Origin: Laetmonice hystrix
Lineage: Eukaryota
Assembly (NCBI GenBank): GCA_965235115.1
Contig: OZ249436.1
Location: forward strand, 39,558,001-39,622,000
Direction: 5' to 3'
DNA: 64,000 nucleotides
In this document: positions 27,997 through 39,232 of the stretch, piece by piece
Layout: each line of letters starts with the position of its first letter
Numbering within the stretch: the stretch's first letter is position 1
The notes under the pieces: model-generated
Database searches by the model: none
Told to the model about the DNA's origin: nothing
What the model saw: the letters and a program-made list of their open reading frames with translations, nothing else
Made by a program: the position numbers and the translations under genes

Positions 27997-30170
27997 ACTG
28001 TAGTGTTTGGTCGACAATAAGGCCAGTCAATACATGTAGGGAGCCCCCACGGTGGTGTTTGCTCGAGTATTATAAGGCCAGTCAGTCCATATGGGCAGCC
28101 CTCGCTGTAGTGCTTGCTCCAAGCTGAGGCCAGTCAATACATGTAGAGTTCCCTCACTGTAGTGTTTTCTAGAGGCCAGTCACTACATGTGGAGAGCCCT
28201 CACTGTAGTGTGTGCTCGATTATAAGGCCAGACAGTACATGTTGGGAGCCCTCACTGTAGTGTCTGCTCCAGCCGAAGGGCAGTCAATACATGTAGGAAG
28301 CCCCTACTTTGGTGTTTGCTCCAGCCCAAGGGCAGTCAATACAAGTACTAGGGAGCCCTCACTGTAGTGTTTGCTTTAGCCCAAGGGCAGTCAATACATG
28401 TAGGGAGCCCTCACTGTAGTTTTTGCTCCAGCCGAAGGGCAGTCAGTACAGTCATGTAGGGAGCCCTCACTGTAGTGTTTGCTGCAGGATAAGGCCAGAG
28501 TACTGTAGTGTTTGCTCGAGTATAAGGCCAGTCAATACATGTAGGGACCCCTCACTGTAGCTGTTTGCTCTAGCACAAGGCCAGTCTTTACATGGAGGGA
28601 GCCCTCACTGTATAGTGTTTGCTTCAGTCTAAGGTCAGTCAATGCATGTTGAGAGCCCTCACTGTAGTGTTTGCTCGAGTATGACGCCACTCAATACATG
28701 TAGGGAGCCCTCACTGTAGTGTTTGCTCGAGTATAAGGCCAGTCAGTACATGTTGGGAGCCCTCGGTGTAGTGTTTGCTCCAGCCAAAGGGCAGTCAATA
28801 CATGTAGGGAGCCCCTACTTTGGTGTTTGCTCCAGTCTAAGGCCGGCCAATACATGTAGAGAGCCCTCACTATAGTTTCTGCTTCAGTCTAAGCTCAGTC
28901 AATAGAGTATAAGGCCAGTCAGTCGATGTGGTGAGCCTTCACTGTAGTGTTTGCTCGAGTATAAGCTAGGCCAGTCAATACATGTAGGGAGCCCTCACTC
29001 TATAGTTTCTGCTTCAGTCTAAGCTCAGTCAATACATGTAGAGAGCTCTCTCTGTAGTGTTTGCTCGAGTATGACGCCACTCACTACATATATATAGGGA
29101 ACCCTCACTGTACGGTTTGCTGCAGCCCATGGCCAGTCATTACATGGAGGGAGCCCTCCCTGTAGTGTTTGCACGAGTATAAAGCCAGACGGTACATGTT
29201 GGGAGCCCTCACTGTAGTGTTTGCTCGAATATAAGGCCAGTGAAAACATGTAGGGCGCCCTCACTTTAGTATTTGCTTCAGTCTAACCTGAGTCAAAACA
29301 TGTAGGAGCCCTCACTGTACTGTTTGCTCCAGCGCTAGGTCAGTCTTTCAATGGAGGGAGCCCTCACTGTAGTGTTTGCTCGACAATAAGGCCAGTCAAT
29401 ACATGTAGGGAGCCCTCACTGTAGTGTTTGCTCGAGTATAAGGCCAGACAGTACATGTTGGGAGCCCTCACTGTAGTGTTTGCTCGAGTATAAGGCCAGT
29501 CAATACATGTAGGGAGCCCTCCCTTTAGTGTTTGCTTCAGTCTAACCTCAGTCAACACATGTAGGGAGCTCTCACTGTACTGTTTGCTCCAGCGCTAGGC
29601 CAGTCTTTCCATGGAGGGAGCCCCAGCTAGCTCACTGTACTGTTTGCTCGACAATAAGGCCAGCCAATACATGTAGGGAGCCCTCACTGTAGTGTTTGAT
29701 CCAGCCCAAGCTCAGTCAATCCATGTAGAGAGCCCTCACTGTAGTGTTTGCTCGAGTATGACGCCACTCAATACATGTAGGGAGCGTTATTCACCGTACT
29801 GCTTGCTCCAGCCGAAGGGCAGTCAATACAGTCATGTGGGAGCTCTCACTGTAGTGTTTGCTCCAGCCCAAGGGCAGTCAATACAGTCATATGGGAGCTC
29901 TCACTGTAGTGTTTGCTCCAGTCTAAGTCCAGCAAATACAATGTAGAGAGCCCTCACTGTAGTGTTTGCTAGATTATATGGCCAGTCAGTACATGTGGTC
30001 AGCCCTCACTGTAGTGTTTGCACGAGTATAAGGCCAGGGAGTACATGTTGGGAACCCTCACTGTAGAGTTTGCTCGAGTATAAGGCTAGTTAATACATGT
30101 AGGGAGCCCTCACTGTAGTGTTTGTTTCAGTCTAAGCTCAGTCAAAACATGATGTAGGGAGCCGTCACTG
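27997..30170. repeat. 52-bp minisatellite, about 40 diverged copies
   Basis: Consensus GGAGCCCTCACTGTAGTGTTTGCTCGAGTATAAGGCCAGTCAATACATGTAG with a variable central segment. Confidence 0.95.
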
Positions 30171-31077
30171 AAAACAATATCAACAGAGAGCTTACCACTT
30201 CACTTTCTTGCCACAAGAAATGGGCTACATATTGCAAATGAGCTTTTTTAATGAGTAAAACTCATTTTGACGTGAAGAATAGCTCGAGTTCTGGCTAACA
30301 TGGCGGCCATATTTAATTTATGCAAGGGAGGGTTTCTTCTAGTAACCACATTTCCAGGTTCAGCCCCCAAATCCCCTCTGGCTGCCCGACTACTATATAA
30401 AACAGTAGGCTAAACATTATGCTGTTAAACCAGCAGCCTACACAAGTTCTCTACAAATTTAGTCTGTTTGGATGGATCACTATAGCCAGGGGCGTAGGAA
30501 GCTGGGGGCAGAGGGGGCTGCTGCCCCCCCCCCCCAATATTGTTTTCCTTCCTACACCACTGCTGCCTACCCGCCCATTTCCAGTAGGCCTAGTGGTCGT
30601 GAAAGTGGAAGTCTGTAGGCTAATCGGCCCTAGCTATGAAGATCATGTAGAGGGGTCTACGTCTTTAAATTTATAGTCATCACAATAGGCCTATTGACAA
30701 ACTTGGATAATTTTCTTGAGTTAATTTGGAGATTTGTGTACAGTTAAAGACTGAATCAATACAGTTAAGGGGGGGCACGTGCCCCGAATGCCCCCCGTTG
30801 GATCTTCCTCGGCCGGGGGGGGGGGGCAGTGGTGGATCATCCAGAATTTCTTAAGAGGGGCCCTAATACATGATCGGGCAAAAACACAGGCTGCCATGCA
30901 AGGCCAAAATAATGACAACTATGAAGGGCCAAAATAGGCCTATATGACAACTATTATCATGATCGGATTAAAATAACATCGTTCAGAATTTAGGGGGGCT
31001 GTGGCCCCCTTAGCCCCCCCCCCCCGCTCCGATCCGCCAATGCATGGGGGGGGGGGGGGGTAGAGACTGAAGGTGAG

Positions 31078-31185
31078 CTCGCTAGGTGGCTCTGTGGTCG
31101 ACGCCAGCCACCTAGCGAGTTAGCCGGGAACGACCTCGTGTAAACAGCGCCATCTATAAACATGCAAGTAAACGAGTGGCGGGAA
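31078..31185 (+). promoter_or_regulatory. POLD2 proximal promoter: E2F-type site and an inverted pair of CTCF-like motifs
   Basis: TGGCGGGAA at 31177-31185 matches the E2F consensus, expected for a replication gene. Perfect inverted repeat CTCGCTAGGTGGCT (31078-31091) / AGCCACCTAGCGAG (31106-31119). CAGCGCCATCTA near 31145. Confidence 0.55.
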
Positions 31186-31312
31186 GTCAAGTGTGTGGAT
31201 TTTGTGTGCTTGCAGTCGATCATCATCCCCTGCTCCAGGCAACGTGCATGTATATAAGGTCTACATAATAATCTCGGAGATTGAAACTCAGAGCACTTTC
31301 CCGACCAACATA

Positions 31313-31547
31313 ATGCGTTACGAGCCAGAAGCAGTCACCTCCACAGAAAGCACGGGCAAGTTACTCTCGGAGCCCACGGATGGCGCACAGCTGGCATCGT
31401 TCACCAGGGAAGAGGTTGAATATGAAAATCTGTCCTCCCGCTTTGTATTAAAAAGCAGACAATACCAGAGGCAGTATGCACACATGTACGCTGAAAGATT
31501 GGCCACCATGAGGACTAGGTTGATCAAAAGCGCACAGAAAAAATGGG
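31313..31547 (+). CDS. POLD2: DNA polymerase delta subunit 2, coding exon 1
   Basis: MRYEPEAV...YENLSSRFVLKSRQYQRQYAHMYAERLATMRTRLIKSAQKKWG contains the conserved POLD2 RQYAH.Y..RL motif; phase-1 donor TGGG|GTAAGT. Confidence 0.95.
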
Positions 31548-31641
31548 GTAAGTTTATTTATAACAGCGCATAGTGAAGTTTACCCCTAATATCGCTCAGA
31601 CACATGGTTTGTTTACAAAATGTCAGGATAGGAAGGTGGGT

Positions 31642-31967
31642 GGTCTCGGTCGAAATCGGCCGCCGCTCGAAATCGGCCGCCCGTAATAACCGACGGACGA
31701 TCGGGCGTAGCACGCGGGGGCTCCGCGGGACTCAACTATCACTAACCCTAGGCCAAACCTTAACCTTAACCCGACTAACACTAACCCTAGGCCAAACCTA
31801 AACCTTAACCCGACTAACACTAACCCTAGGCCAAACCTTAACCTTAACCCGACTAACACTAACCCTAGGCCTGACCTTAACCTTAGTCTAGGCCCTGGGC
31901 GAGTACGACGGCCGCCCGTAACTTACGCGCGGCCGATTTCGAGCGGCGGCCGATTTCGATATACACC
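31642..31967. mobile_element. 326-bp MITE with an 8-bp TSD and telomere-like (TAACCC) internal repeats, in POLD2 intron 1
   Basis: TIR of about 39 bp (GGT....TCGAAATCGGCCGCCGCTCGAAATCGGCCGC); TSD AGGTGGGT at 31634-31641 and 31968-31975; internal 39-bp unit ACTAACCCTAGGCCAAACCTTAACCTTAACCCGACTAAC repeated about 3.5 times. Confidence 0.88.
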
Positions 31968-32203
31968 AGGTGGGTGCCGCAACCAGTAAATGAGAAGTTG
32001 AGTGGGCTGGAGGAAGGGGCGACAGTCACACTCAGACATAATAAGGGATACCTCAGCCAGGCTTTAGTGGCAGGGAGCGGTTCTATGAGGAGTACTGTAA
32101 TAATTAATAAATAATTAATAGGCCCTGTCTAAGGGCCTTTTTATCAGGCTTTCGTTTCAATTCATTGTTCAAGTTTCATCTCTATAGACTATGCTATGTT
32201 ATG

Positions 32204-32375
32204 CAGGCCTGATTTGGAATGGCCGAGACGAAAATCCGTTCACTTGCAAATTTTGCAAGCCTGAGATTAACAGGGGAACGGTCGTTTCGTTCGCCTGTCG
32301 GTTACCTAAAATAAAAAACAGGCAAACGAAAAATGGGTTACGCAAATTTCCCTTAATAAGTTAATCTGAGGCCTG
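32204..32375. mobile_element. Short TIR element with a 6-bp TSD
   Basis: GTTATG|CAGGCCT ... AGGCCTG|GTTATG. Confidence 0.6.
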
Positions 32376-32927
32376 GTTATGGCTATGCCATGGCTAAAAT
32401 TTGCCCATTGGCTATGACTCGCCCCTCACCAAACAGCAAGTTCGTTAATTACCAGTACTTTTTCGTAGCTTATGTCAGTTTGACTACGTACGGTTGCGAG
32501 ACATCACCACCATGTGAAGTCCGGACCTCAACATTCTACTGCGGCTGTGGCTTCAACCAGGACTTACACCCGCCGATAGCCATGAGCGTGCAGTTGGGCA
32601 GCCGGTCTCTGTGGCAATGCGCCGAGCAGTCGTACTTTAAATGATTGTGTATCTATTTAAATTGTATATTTGATAAAACCCAACCTAAACATTGTCGGTC
32701 AAAGTCTAATGGGCCTTAGTATGTATACGTTTTCTGTGTCCAAAATTGAAAACTGCGGTCAGGTAAAGAAGCCTTGTAAAGAATCCTTGTTCAGTGTGCC
32801 GTTATATCGTGGCAGGACACTGACAGGTCAACTGCTTGCTGATGGGACTTGCTGCATCCAGGTCCTGGTCAGTGATGGCTCCAAGCTGGGTGGATGGCTG
32901 AGTGGAATGTACATTATGGTGGAAAAT

Positions 32928-33314
32928 CAGGGCTTGCCAAATTTGACTGGAAGGTGGTTGCCTAGTGGGCTACAAAGGATTGCAACCTGGTTGCCCAACA
33001 ATGACTGATGGTGGCCACCACTGCAGGGCACGAAAAGGCAGCATTGACCATCCCATCATCATGAGCACTTTCGTAGTGCTTCAGACTCGGTTGTAAACTT
33101 GTGACAAAAATCAGCGAGACGGCTATGATTGTTATTTATTGGCAGAATGAGTACACGGTCACAGAGTATGTGAAAATACCTCGGACAATGAGAATAGTGA
33201 CTGCTTGACATTACAGACTAGTTGCCCACTGGGTTTTACCTAGACGAGTGCCGGTAACCCAGCACTTCAAAGTGGTTGTCCCGGGCATCCGGACAGACAA
33301 TTAGGCAAGCCCTG
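32928..33314. mobile_element. hAT-like non-autonomous element
   Basis: 11-bp TIR CAGGGCTTGCC ... GGCAAGCCCTG; no TSD evident. Confidence 0.5.
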
Positions 33315-33528
33315 AAGACAGTATGCCACACACCGGGCAGCACTACAAGGCTCTCCCCAGGCCCTGCACCCATTACCAAGCATGTTAGGATGTGTTATTC
33401 ATTCACCAATTTCAACATGCTCCTAGATTTAGAACATATTCACCTTTGTGTGTGTAATCATTCACTCATTTTTTTGAATTTATACGAGTCTAAGTTATTA
33501 AAAACCATGCTCCTAGCTTTAGAACATA

Positions 33529-34196
33529 CCGTAATCTTCCGTGTATAAGCCGCACTTTTTTCATCCTCAAATTAATCATAAATCAGGGATGCGGCTTATA
33601 CATGGCCACAAGCGTCTGGAGACTTCTATGTGGAGACCAAGTCATCCCTAGGTGGCGCCACCAACGCTATTATTACACCCCTAGTGGTGGTATTGCGAAT
33701 AAAGTATTAATGTTATATAGAGAGAATAGATTTAAAGAAACATAGAGAGAGATATAGGCAGAGAAAGATTCTGGGCAAGATCATCATTTGAATGGGACAA
33801 ATGACAGGCATTTCTGATGGGAACTGGCCTGCTTTATACCCACAACCCGTTAATACCCATTGTTTTACGTGTGACTCTTGGCTGACTAAGACAGCGAGAT
33901 GGATTCCCAAAATAAAAGTGGGTCCTATTGTTTTCATTGCCCCTTGAAAGCAATGGCCCGTTTAACAATGGGAGGTGATGGTAGCACCGGCGTCTGGCCA
34001 ACGACTTTTCACACTATGGCCAAGCTGGTGAAACACCTAGCTGATACACGTCTCAGCATGTTTCATAGGGTTGATTGTTGGGGCCCAACTTTGCTACGAC
34101 TGGCGTCAGAAACGTGAATTTTTTTTCTCTGACTTTTGCTCTAAAAACGGGGGTGCGGCTTATACATGGCCGCGGCTTGTACACGGAAGATTACGG
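33529..34196. mobile_element. 668-bp Tc1/mariner (Tc2/pogo-like) non-autonomous element
   Basis: TA|CCGTAATCTTCCGTGTATAAGCCGC ... GCGGCTTGTACACGGAAGATTACGG|TA; subterminal GCGGCTTATACATGGCC repeats; inserted in a tandem repeat of about 90 bp. Confidence 0.9.
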
Positions 34197-34840
34197 TATT
34201 CACCTTTGTGTGTGTAATCATTGATTATCATTCACTCATTTTTTTGAGTTTGTACGAGTCTAAGTTATTAAAAACCATGCTCCTAGCTTTAGAACATATT
34301 CACCTTTGTGTGCGACAAGTTTGACAATGATTCATAATGCAGTGTATGAAAAATTGCGATTTGAAAATGAGTGTGTGGCTGACTGGACACCCTATGTAAT
34401 AGGGTGTGCAAGTGGGTCAAGAGAGATCACGCGAAAATCCGAGTTTAGTACTAACTAATGGGTTGCTAGGTCGAAAATAACGACCTAGCAACCATTCACT
34501 TCTATGTTAAATTTTTTACGTCTTTATTTTCGACCTTTAGTAAAACCGGCCCCTGGCCTAGTGGCCAAAAATTGGATTTTTCAACCCCTGAACGTGGAAG
34601 ACCTATCAGAATCTAATCTCAGCTTCTGTGATTCAGATCTTTAAGGCACCTCATTATTATATTTCACAGTTTCCGTAGCCCAACCCTTTTTTCCATGAAT
34701 CTTCCTCAGAGTTCTTCTTTTCACCAGTTCTCGTGAGGCTGTTATAATCAAGGAGTTATCTAGATTCCCAGTGCCTCTTTGCTTACAAAACTACTCTTGT
34801 TATTTTGATTTTGCATACTGTTTTCATTTTTTCCTCACAG

Positions 34841-34962
34841 GTACAGATGTCCCTGTAACAAAACTTTTTGAGCTGAAAGTGGCTACAAAGTGTATTGTTG
34901 TTGGCACACTATTCAAGCACATGGAACTGAAACCAAACATTCTCAAAGAAGTCAGTGAGGAG
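34841..34962 (+). CDS. POLD2: POLD2 coding exon 2
   Basis: Acceptor ttcctcacag|; TDVPVTKLFELKVATKCIVVGTLFKHMELKPNILKEVSEE; donor GAG|GTATGT. Confidence 0.95.
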
Positions 34963-35277
34963 GTATGTCTAGTTCAATTTAAAGACATAGTGAAATAAAC
35001 TGTAAAATACAGATTGATGTGTTTCCTTCATTATTACATAAAAAGGTTGAAAGAACCCAGAAATAAAAATTTCAAACAGTAACTGAATGTAGGTTATATG
35101 ATGTTTTCACTACCGTAGGTGTAACCAAAGTTGAATTGTTGAAAGTCGTTTCCTCTTTAGATCCTACCGCAGTCTGATCTGATAAATCAATACATGTAGT
35201 TGCAACTGCTATACTACTGGATTTTTCAGCCCCAGCCCTCTATATACTGTATGAGTTTGAGTTGTTGATTTTTACAG

Positions 35278-35401
35278 CACAATCTCCAAGTCGTGCCGCC
35301 TCGATCCAGATACACAGATGATGAAGATTATTTGTTTGTGGAGGATGAACTTCAGAGGATTCGCTTACAAGGAAACATCGATATACACACAGCTGTTACA
35401 G
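35278..35401 (+). CDS. POLD2: POLD2 coding exon 3
   Basis: Acceptor tttttacag|; HNLQVVPPRSRYTDDEDYLFVEDELQRIRLQGNIDIHTAVTG (conserved EDELQRI motif); donor ACAG|GTTTGC. Confidence 0.95.
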
Positions 35402-36398
35402 GTTTGCAAGCAGCATCAGTAATACATACATGTACAGTACACAGGGCTCTCGATGACCCGAGGTCTCGGGTCAAATACGCACGAAGTGTGTAGTCTGATG
35501 CACAATAAAAACCAGCAGGAGTCAGTGCGACGCACGAAGATTCCCCCAATTTTGACCCCCAGACTAGAGAATGGTATGCTGGGTTACAACCCTCCACTGC
35601 AAAAGGCATGCATAATGACTGAAATAAATAAAAACGCTCTCGTCGAGTGGCCAATTTCATTATCTACATATGAGCACACTCAACGCATGCATTTGACTCT
35701 TCAAAGTTGTGAACTGACCATGCTTGACCCCTGACTTTTGAGGGTTGACCCCCCCAAAAAATAGACAGAAGTCTCTGACCCTTCTACTGAAAACTCCAGT
35801 GAGAGCCCTGAGTACATGTGTGAGATGATAGTCTAATGTATCGCGTGTAGTTGTATGGATGTCTACAGGGGCCGAAATGTGGGGGGAATGCATAGCAATA
35901 TTTTGCAACACAAAACCTATTTTGTAACAATAATTGTAATTTGTAGATAGCAATACCAGGGCTCGAATTTAAAAATTTTTAGGGCAAGGCAAGTGTTGTC
36001 TTGGGTCTTAGAAGCAGAAATTTTAGGGTGCCAAAGCAAGTTTGTGGGGCACCAAGGCAAACATTTCCATACATGTATAGGGGGAAACCATTGAAACGTT
36101 CATTTACTAAGGCAAACCAGGTAGGGCAGCCACAGCATATTATTGCCATAGACATCGTCTATATAATCAGAGCACTACAGCAAGTGGAGCACATACGAAG
36201 GCAGTAGAATTCGGTTTAATTTGGTTTTGAGAAGAGGATTTCAAGATTTATTTATTATCAGGGAGATGCTCTTACTAATTGCACTTGCTACCTTGCTCGT
36301 GTATTATGATTACTATGTTTGTGTGTAACTGATTAATGGTTTCATAGCATTTAACATGTTCTTTACTGTAATCTCTTCCTTTTCCAATGCTTATGCAG

Positions 36399-36519
36399 GG
36401 GTAGTTATTGCAGTATATGGTGAACAGCTGGAAGAAAAGAAAGGATACTTTCAAGTCCAAGATCACTGCTTTCAAGATTTACCTGAACAGATACCTCGCC
36501 CAGTCACTGAAGAAGACAA
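36399..36519 (+). CDS. POLD2: POLD2 coding exon 4
   Basis: Acceptor ttatgcag|; VVIAVYGEQLEEKKGYFQVQDHCFQDLPEQIPRPVTEEDK; phase-2 donor GACAA|GTGTGT. Confidence 0.92.
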
Positions 36520-36952
36520 GTGTGTATTTTTTTTTGTTTCATCGCAAATAGTAAAACTTGAATGGTGATAAATAATGATCATTGAAATGACTCTATAACC
36601 CTTGAAATTGAGGCTGTTAAATAGGTGCAGGAGATGTCTTTAGCTGGAAAACTCCATCAAAAAACTTATATCACATTTCTAGAAGATAACACATGTATGT
36701 ATTTTATGAGGAGGAAAATTTGTGTTGCTGAAAGCAGGGAAAGTTGACTGCTGCTGTGTTGTACATAATTTCCTTTTATTGCTAGTATGTTTGTTTTGTT
36801 TTGGGAAAATGAATGTACATGTACTTAGGTCTTCAGAATTTCAGTGGTCACTATTTAATTGTATTTTTTTTTTTAAATAAAAAAAAAGAACTGTATTCAG
36901 CTATTGATTAAAAACCAGTCGTTGGAAAAGCAGTGTTATGTTTGTAATTCAG

Positions 36953-37148
36953 GTACATAGCCCTGGTAAGTGGACTAGACATTGGTCAGAGCTCAGACAA
37001 CCTGATGGCCCTTCAACTTATGGTTGACTTGTTGACTGGACAGCTTGGAGATGAGGATCAACAGGCAGCGTCCTCAAGGGTTGTGAGAGTCATCATCGCT
37101 GGAAACTCTCTCAGTCAGGAAACACAGGACAAAGATTCCATTAACAAG
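36953..37148 (+). CDS. POLD2: POLD2 coding exon 5
   Basis: Acceptor gtaattcag|; YIALVSGLDIGQSSDNLMALQLMVDLLTGQLGDEDQQAASSRVVRVIIAGNSLSQETQDKDSINK; donor AAG|GTCGGT. Translated by hand; not in the ORF track. Confidence 0.95.
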
Positions 37149-37597
37149 GTCGGTTTGAGCAGTTGGATTTCATGACGGCATTCATGGCAAATGATGCGGT
37201 AGTCTTTGACCTTGATGATGGTGCGAGTACATTTGACTTCCAACTGCAGCAAAGTAACACTTCAGTGCCTCCCCTTACCAATGAGCAGTAAAAACAAAAT
37301 ACAAAGGATTTGTGATATTTGAAGCAGAGAGACAAGTTGTACCGCCATCCCAGCCCACTATCTTGTTATGCAATCTTTGCATAATTTGATCAAAAAAGTA
37401 CTTTTTATTAAAAGTATAATTTGACAAGTTGTTACATTTTTTGTTCACCCTAGATGTATGTCAAAATGTCGATGTTGCACTCCTTTTCAAATGTGAATAT
37501 AGTTGATTACTATGCAGTATGGTAGATATTTTCGAGAGAATCATCATTTACTTAAATATCGTTGAAGGCGACAATGTAATATGTTATTTTTATCAAG

Positions 37598-37678
37598 GCC
37601 AAGTACTTGACGAAGAAGTCTGCAGCTGGAAGCATCAGTGCTGTGAAGTCTCTTGATGACATTCTGGTTCAGTTAGCA
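37598..37678 (+). CDS. POLD2: POLD2 coding exon 6
   Basis: Acceptor tttttatcaag|; AKYLTKKSAAGSISAVKSLDDILVQLA (conserved AKYLTKK); donor GCA|GTAAGT. Confidence 0.95.
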
Positions 37679-38038
37679 GTAAGTTTTGTGGTCACTGGGT
37701 CACTCTTAGCCCGATGGAACTGTTCTTTGTCATTTCTCGTTAATGCTCGAATCTGTTGAATAAAGTTACCAACATGACAATTGTAGCATTTCTCTGGGGT
37801 AGTTTTCCTTAAATTAAAAAGCTGTTTAAAGTGGAAATTAGGTATTACTGCAGGAGTGTTTGCGGGTCCTGGGGGTAGACTCTCTCTCTCCCCCCCCCCC
37901 CCCAAATAACTTATGAAATAAAAGGTGAAAACCAGGCAGGTAACTGTCTGAATGGCACTCAGTGGAATTTCTGCATTGCCTGATTTTGAAGTGAATGGTT
38001 CAAAGACAAAGGCTCTTCTACTTTTTGTGGTTCCTCAG

Positions 38039-38196
38039 GCAAGTGTTCCAGTGGATGTTCTGCCAGGAGAGTTCGATCCAGCAAACTACACCTTGCCACA
38101 ACAGCCACTCCATAGTTGCATGTTCCCTCAATCCACCATGTACCCGACAATGAAGTGTGTTACGAATCCCTACGATTGTAGCTTCGACGGCATCAG
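38039..38196 (+). CDS. POLD2: POLD2 coding exon 7
   Basis: Acceptor ttcctcag|; [53 protein letters not shown] (diagnostic [16 protein letters not shown]); donor ATCAG|GTTAGT. Confidence 0.97.
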
Positions 38197-38558
38197 GTTA
38201 GTTCAGTCTGACTTCAATCCATTCAAATACATCGAACCGCGCTTTGCTTTGCCTTAATTTTCCTCTAGAGGGCTCTGAGTGTGGCGTTGACCAACTGCAA
38301 TGCCACCTGGTGGTAACGTCGGGAGTTTATGAAACGGATGACGTGCTCTCTCAAAGCAAAGCCAAAGTCGGTGATTCGATGAAGTGATTGAAGAATAGAA
38401 TTTTATGCTCAAGTTTACCCACATAACACTTCTATATGTACATACTACATGTATAGATCTATAGGTAAAATCAAATAACGTAATATTTGATATTCTTTGT
38501 TATAATACTAATCCAATTACACTGAAGGAAATGTTTTATTACCAGATTGTCCAATCAG

Positions 38559-38711
38559 GGCCCGGTTTCTCGAAAATACTTAAGTCTGAGTTTCACTTAA
38601 ATCTACTCAACTCAGGAAATGGAGGATTCACATTGGCTAAAAACTTCTTTTGAGTAGATTTGAGTGAAACTCAGACTTAAGTATACTTAAGTATGTTCAA
38701 GAAATCAGGCC
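38559..38711. mobile_element. PIF/Harbinger-like palindromic MITE in POLD2 intron 7
   Basis: CAG|GGCCCGGTTTCTCGAA...TACTTAAGTCTGAGTTTCACT ... AGTGAAACTCAGACTTAAGTA...TTCAAGAAATCAGGCC|CAG; 3-bp CAG TSD. Confidence 0.75.
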
Positions 38712-39232
38712 CAGAATTAAACGCAAAGCACTTTCAGAACTATGCGGACGTGATAAAGACCATGAATACTGCTGCCTTTTCAATATGTTATCTGTAATTA
38801 ACCTAGTTAAATATAAATATTGGACAAGAAACAAACTACAATACGCATGTGAGCCTAATCCTCTAAGAATAAGTAAATAGAATTTTTTCTCCAGAGCCTT
38901 CAATGTATTTGCATTTTTCTTCAGAATTATTATTTAAATACATATTGGTTGCTTTATTGAGGTTGTGACAAAAGTGATCCCAAAGTCTGTAGTAGATCTG
39001 AACGTCGAAGTATTGTCATCTGTATTGCTGCTTAGAATGACTTATAATATGAATTATTCTGTCTAACAAATGCCTACAACAATGGATTCTAAAATATTTC
39101 TATGAAGGAATTTTATTCTCTATTGAGGCGTTAATGAGCTAAAAGATTTCAACCACCAAACAGGGCAGAGTAAGTGATACTGCTGTCCTTTCATGCACTG
39201 CTTCATCTGACAATCAGACGTTTGTTTTAAAG

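Larger units (their letters stand above)
25966..30392. mobile_element. 4.4-kb non-autonomous long-TIR (foldback-like, possibly Academ-type) DNA element with nested insertions
   Basis: Left end TAGCCCGGCAGCCAAAGGGCTGAACCTGAAAATGTGG matches the reverse complement of the right end (TAGTCGGGCAGCCAGAGGG...GGCTGAACCTGGAAATGTGG). About 27032-27207 is the inverted copy of about 30200-30346. No transposase ORF and no clear TSD. Confidence 0.7.

Noticed and set aside
27997..30170. CRISPR-like array
   Set aside because: Eukaryotic context, no cas genes, and the variable segments are short and recurrent rather than unique spacers.
31741..31890. True telomere or chromosome-fusion scar
   Set aside because: The repeats are degenerate and enclosed by TIRs and an 8-bp TSD, so they belong to a transposon.
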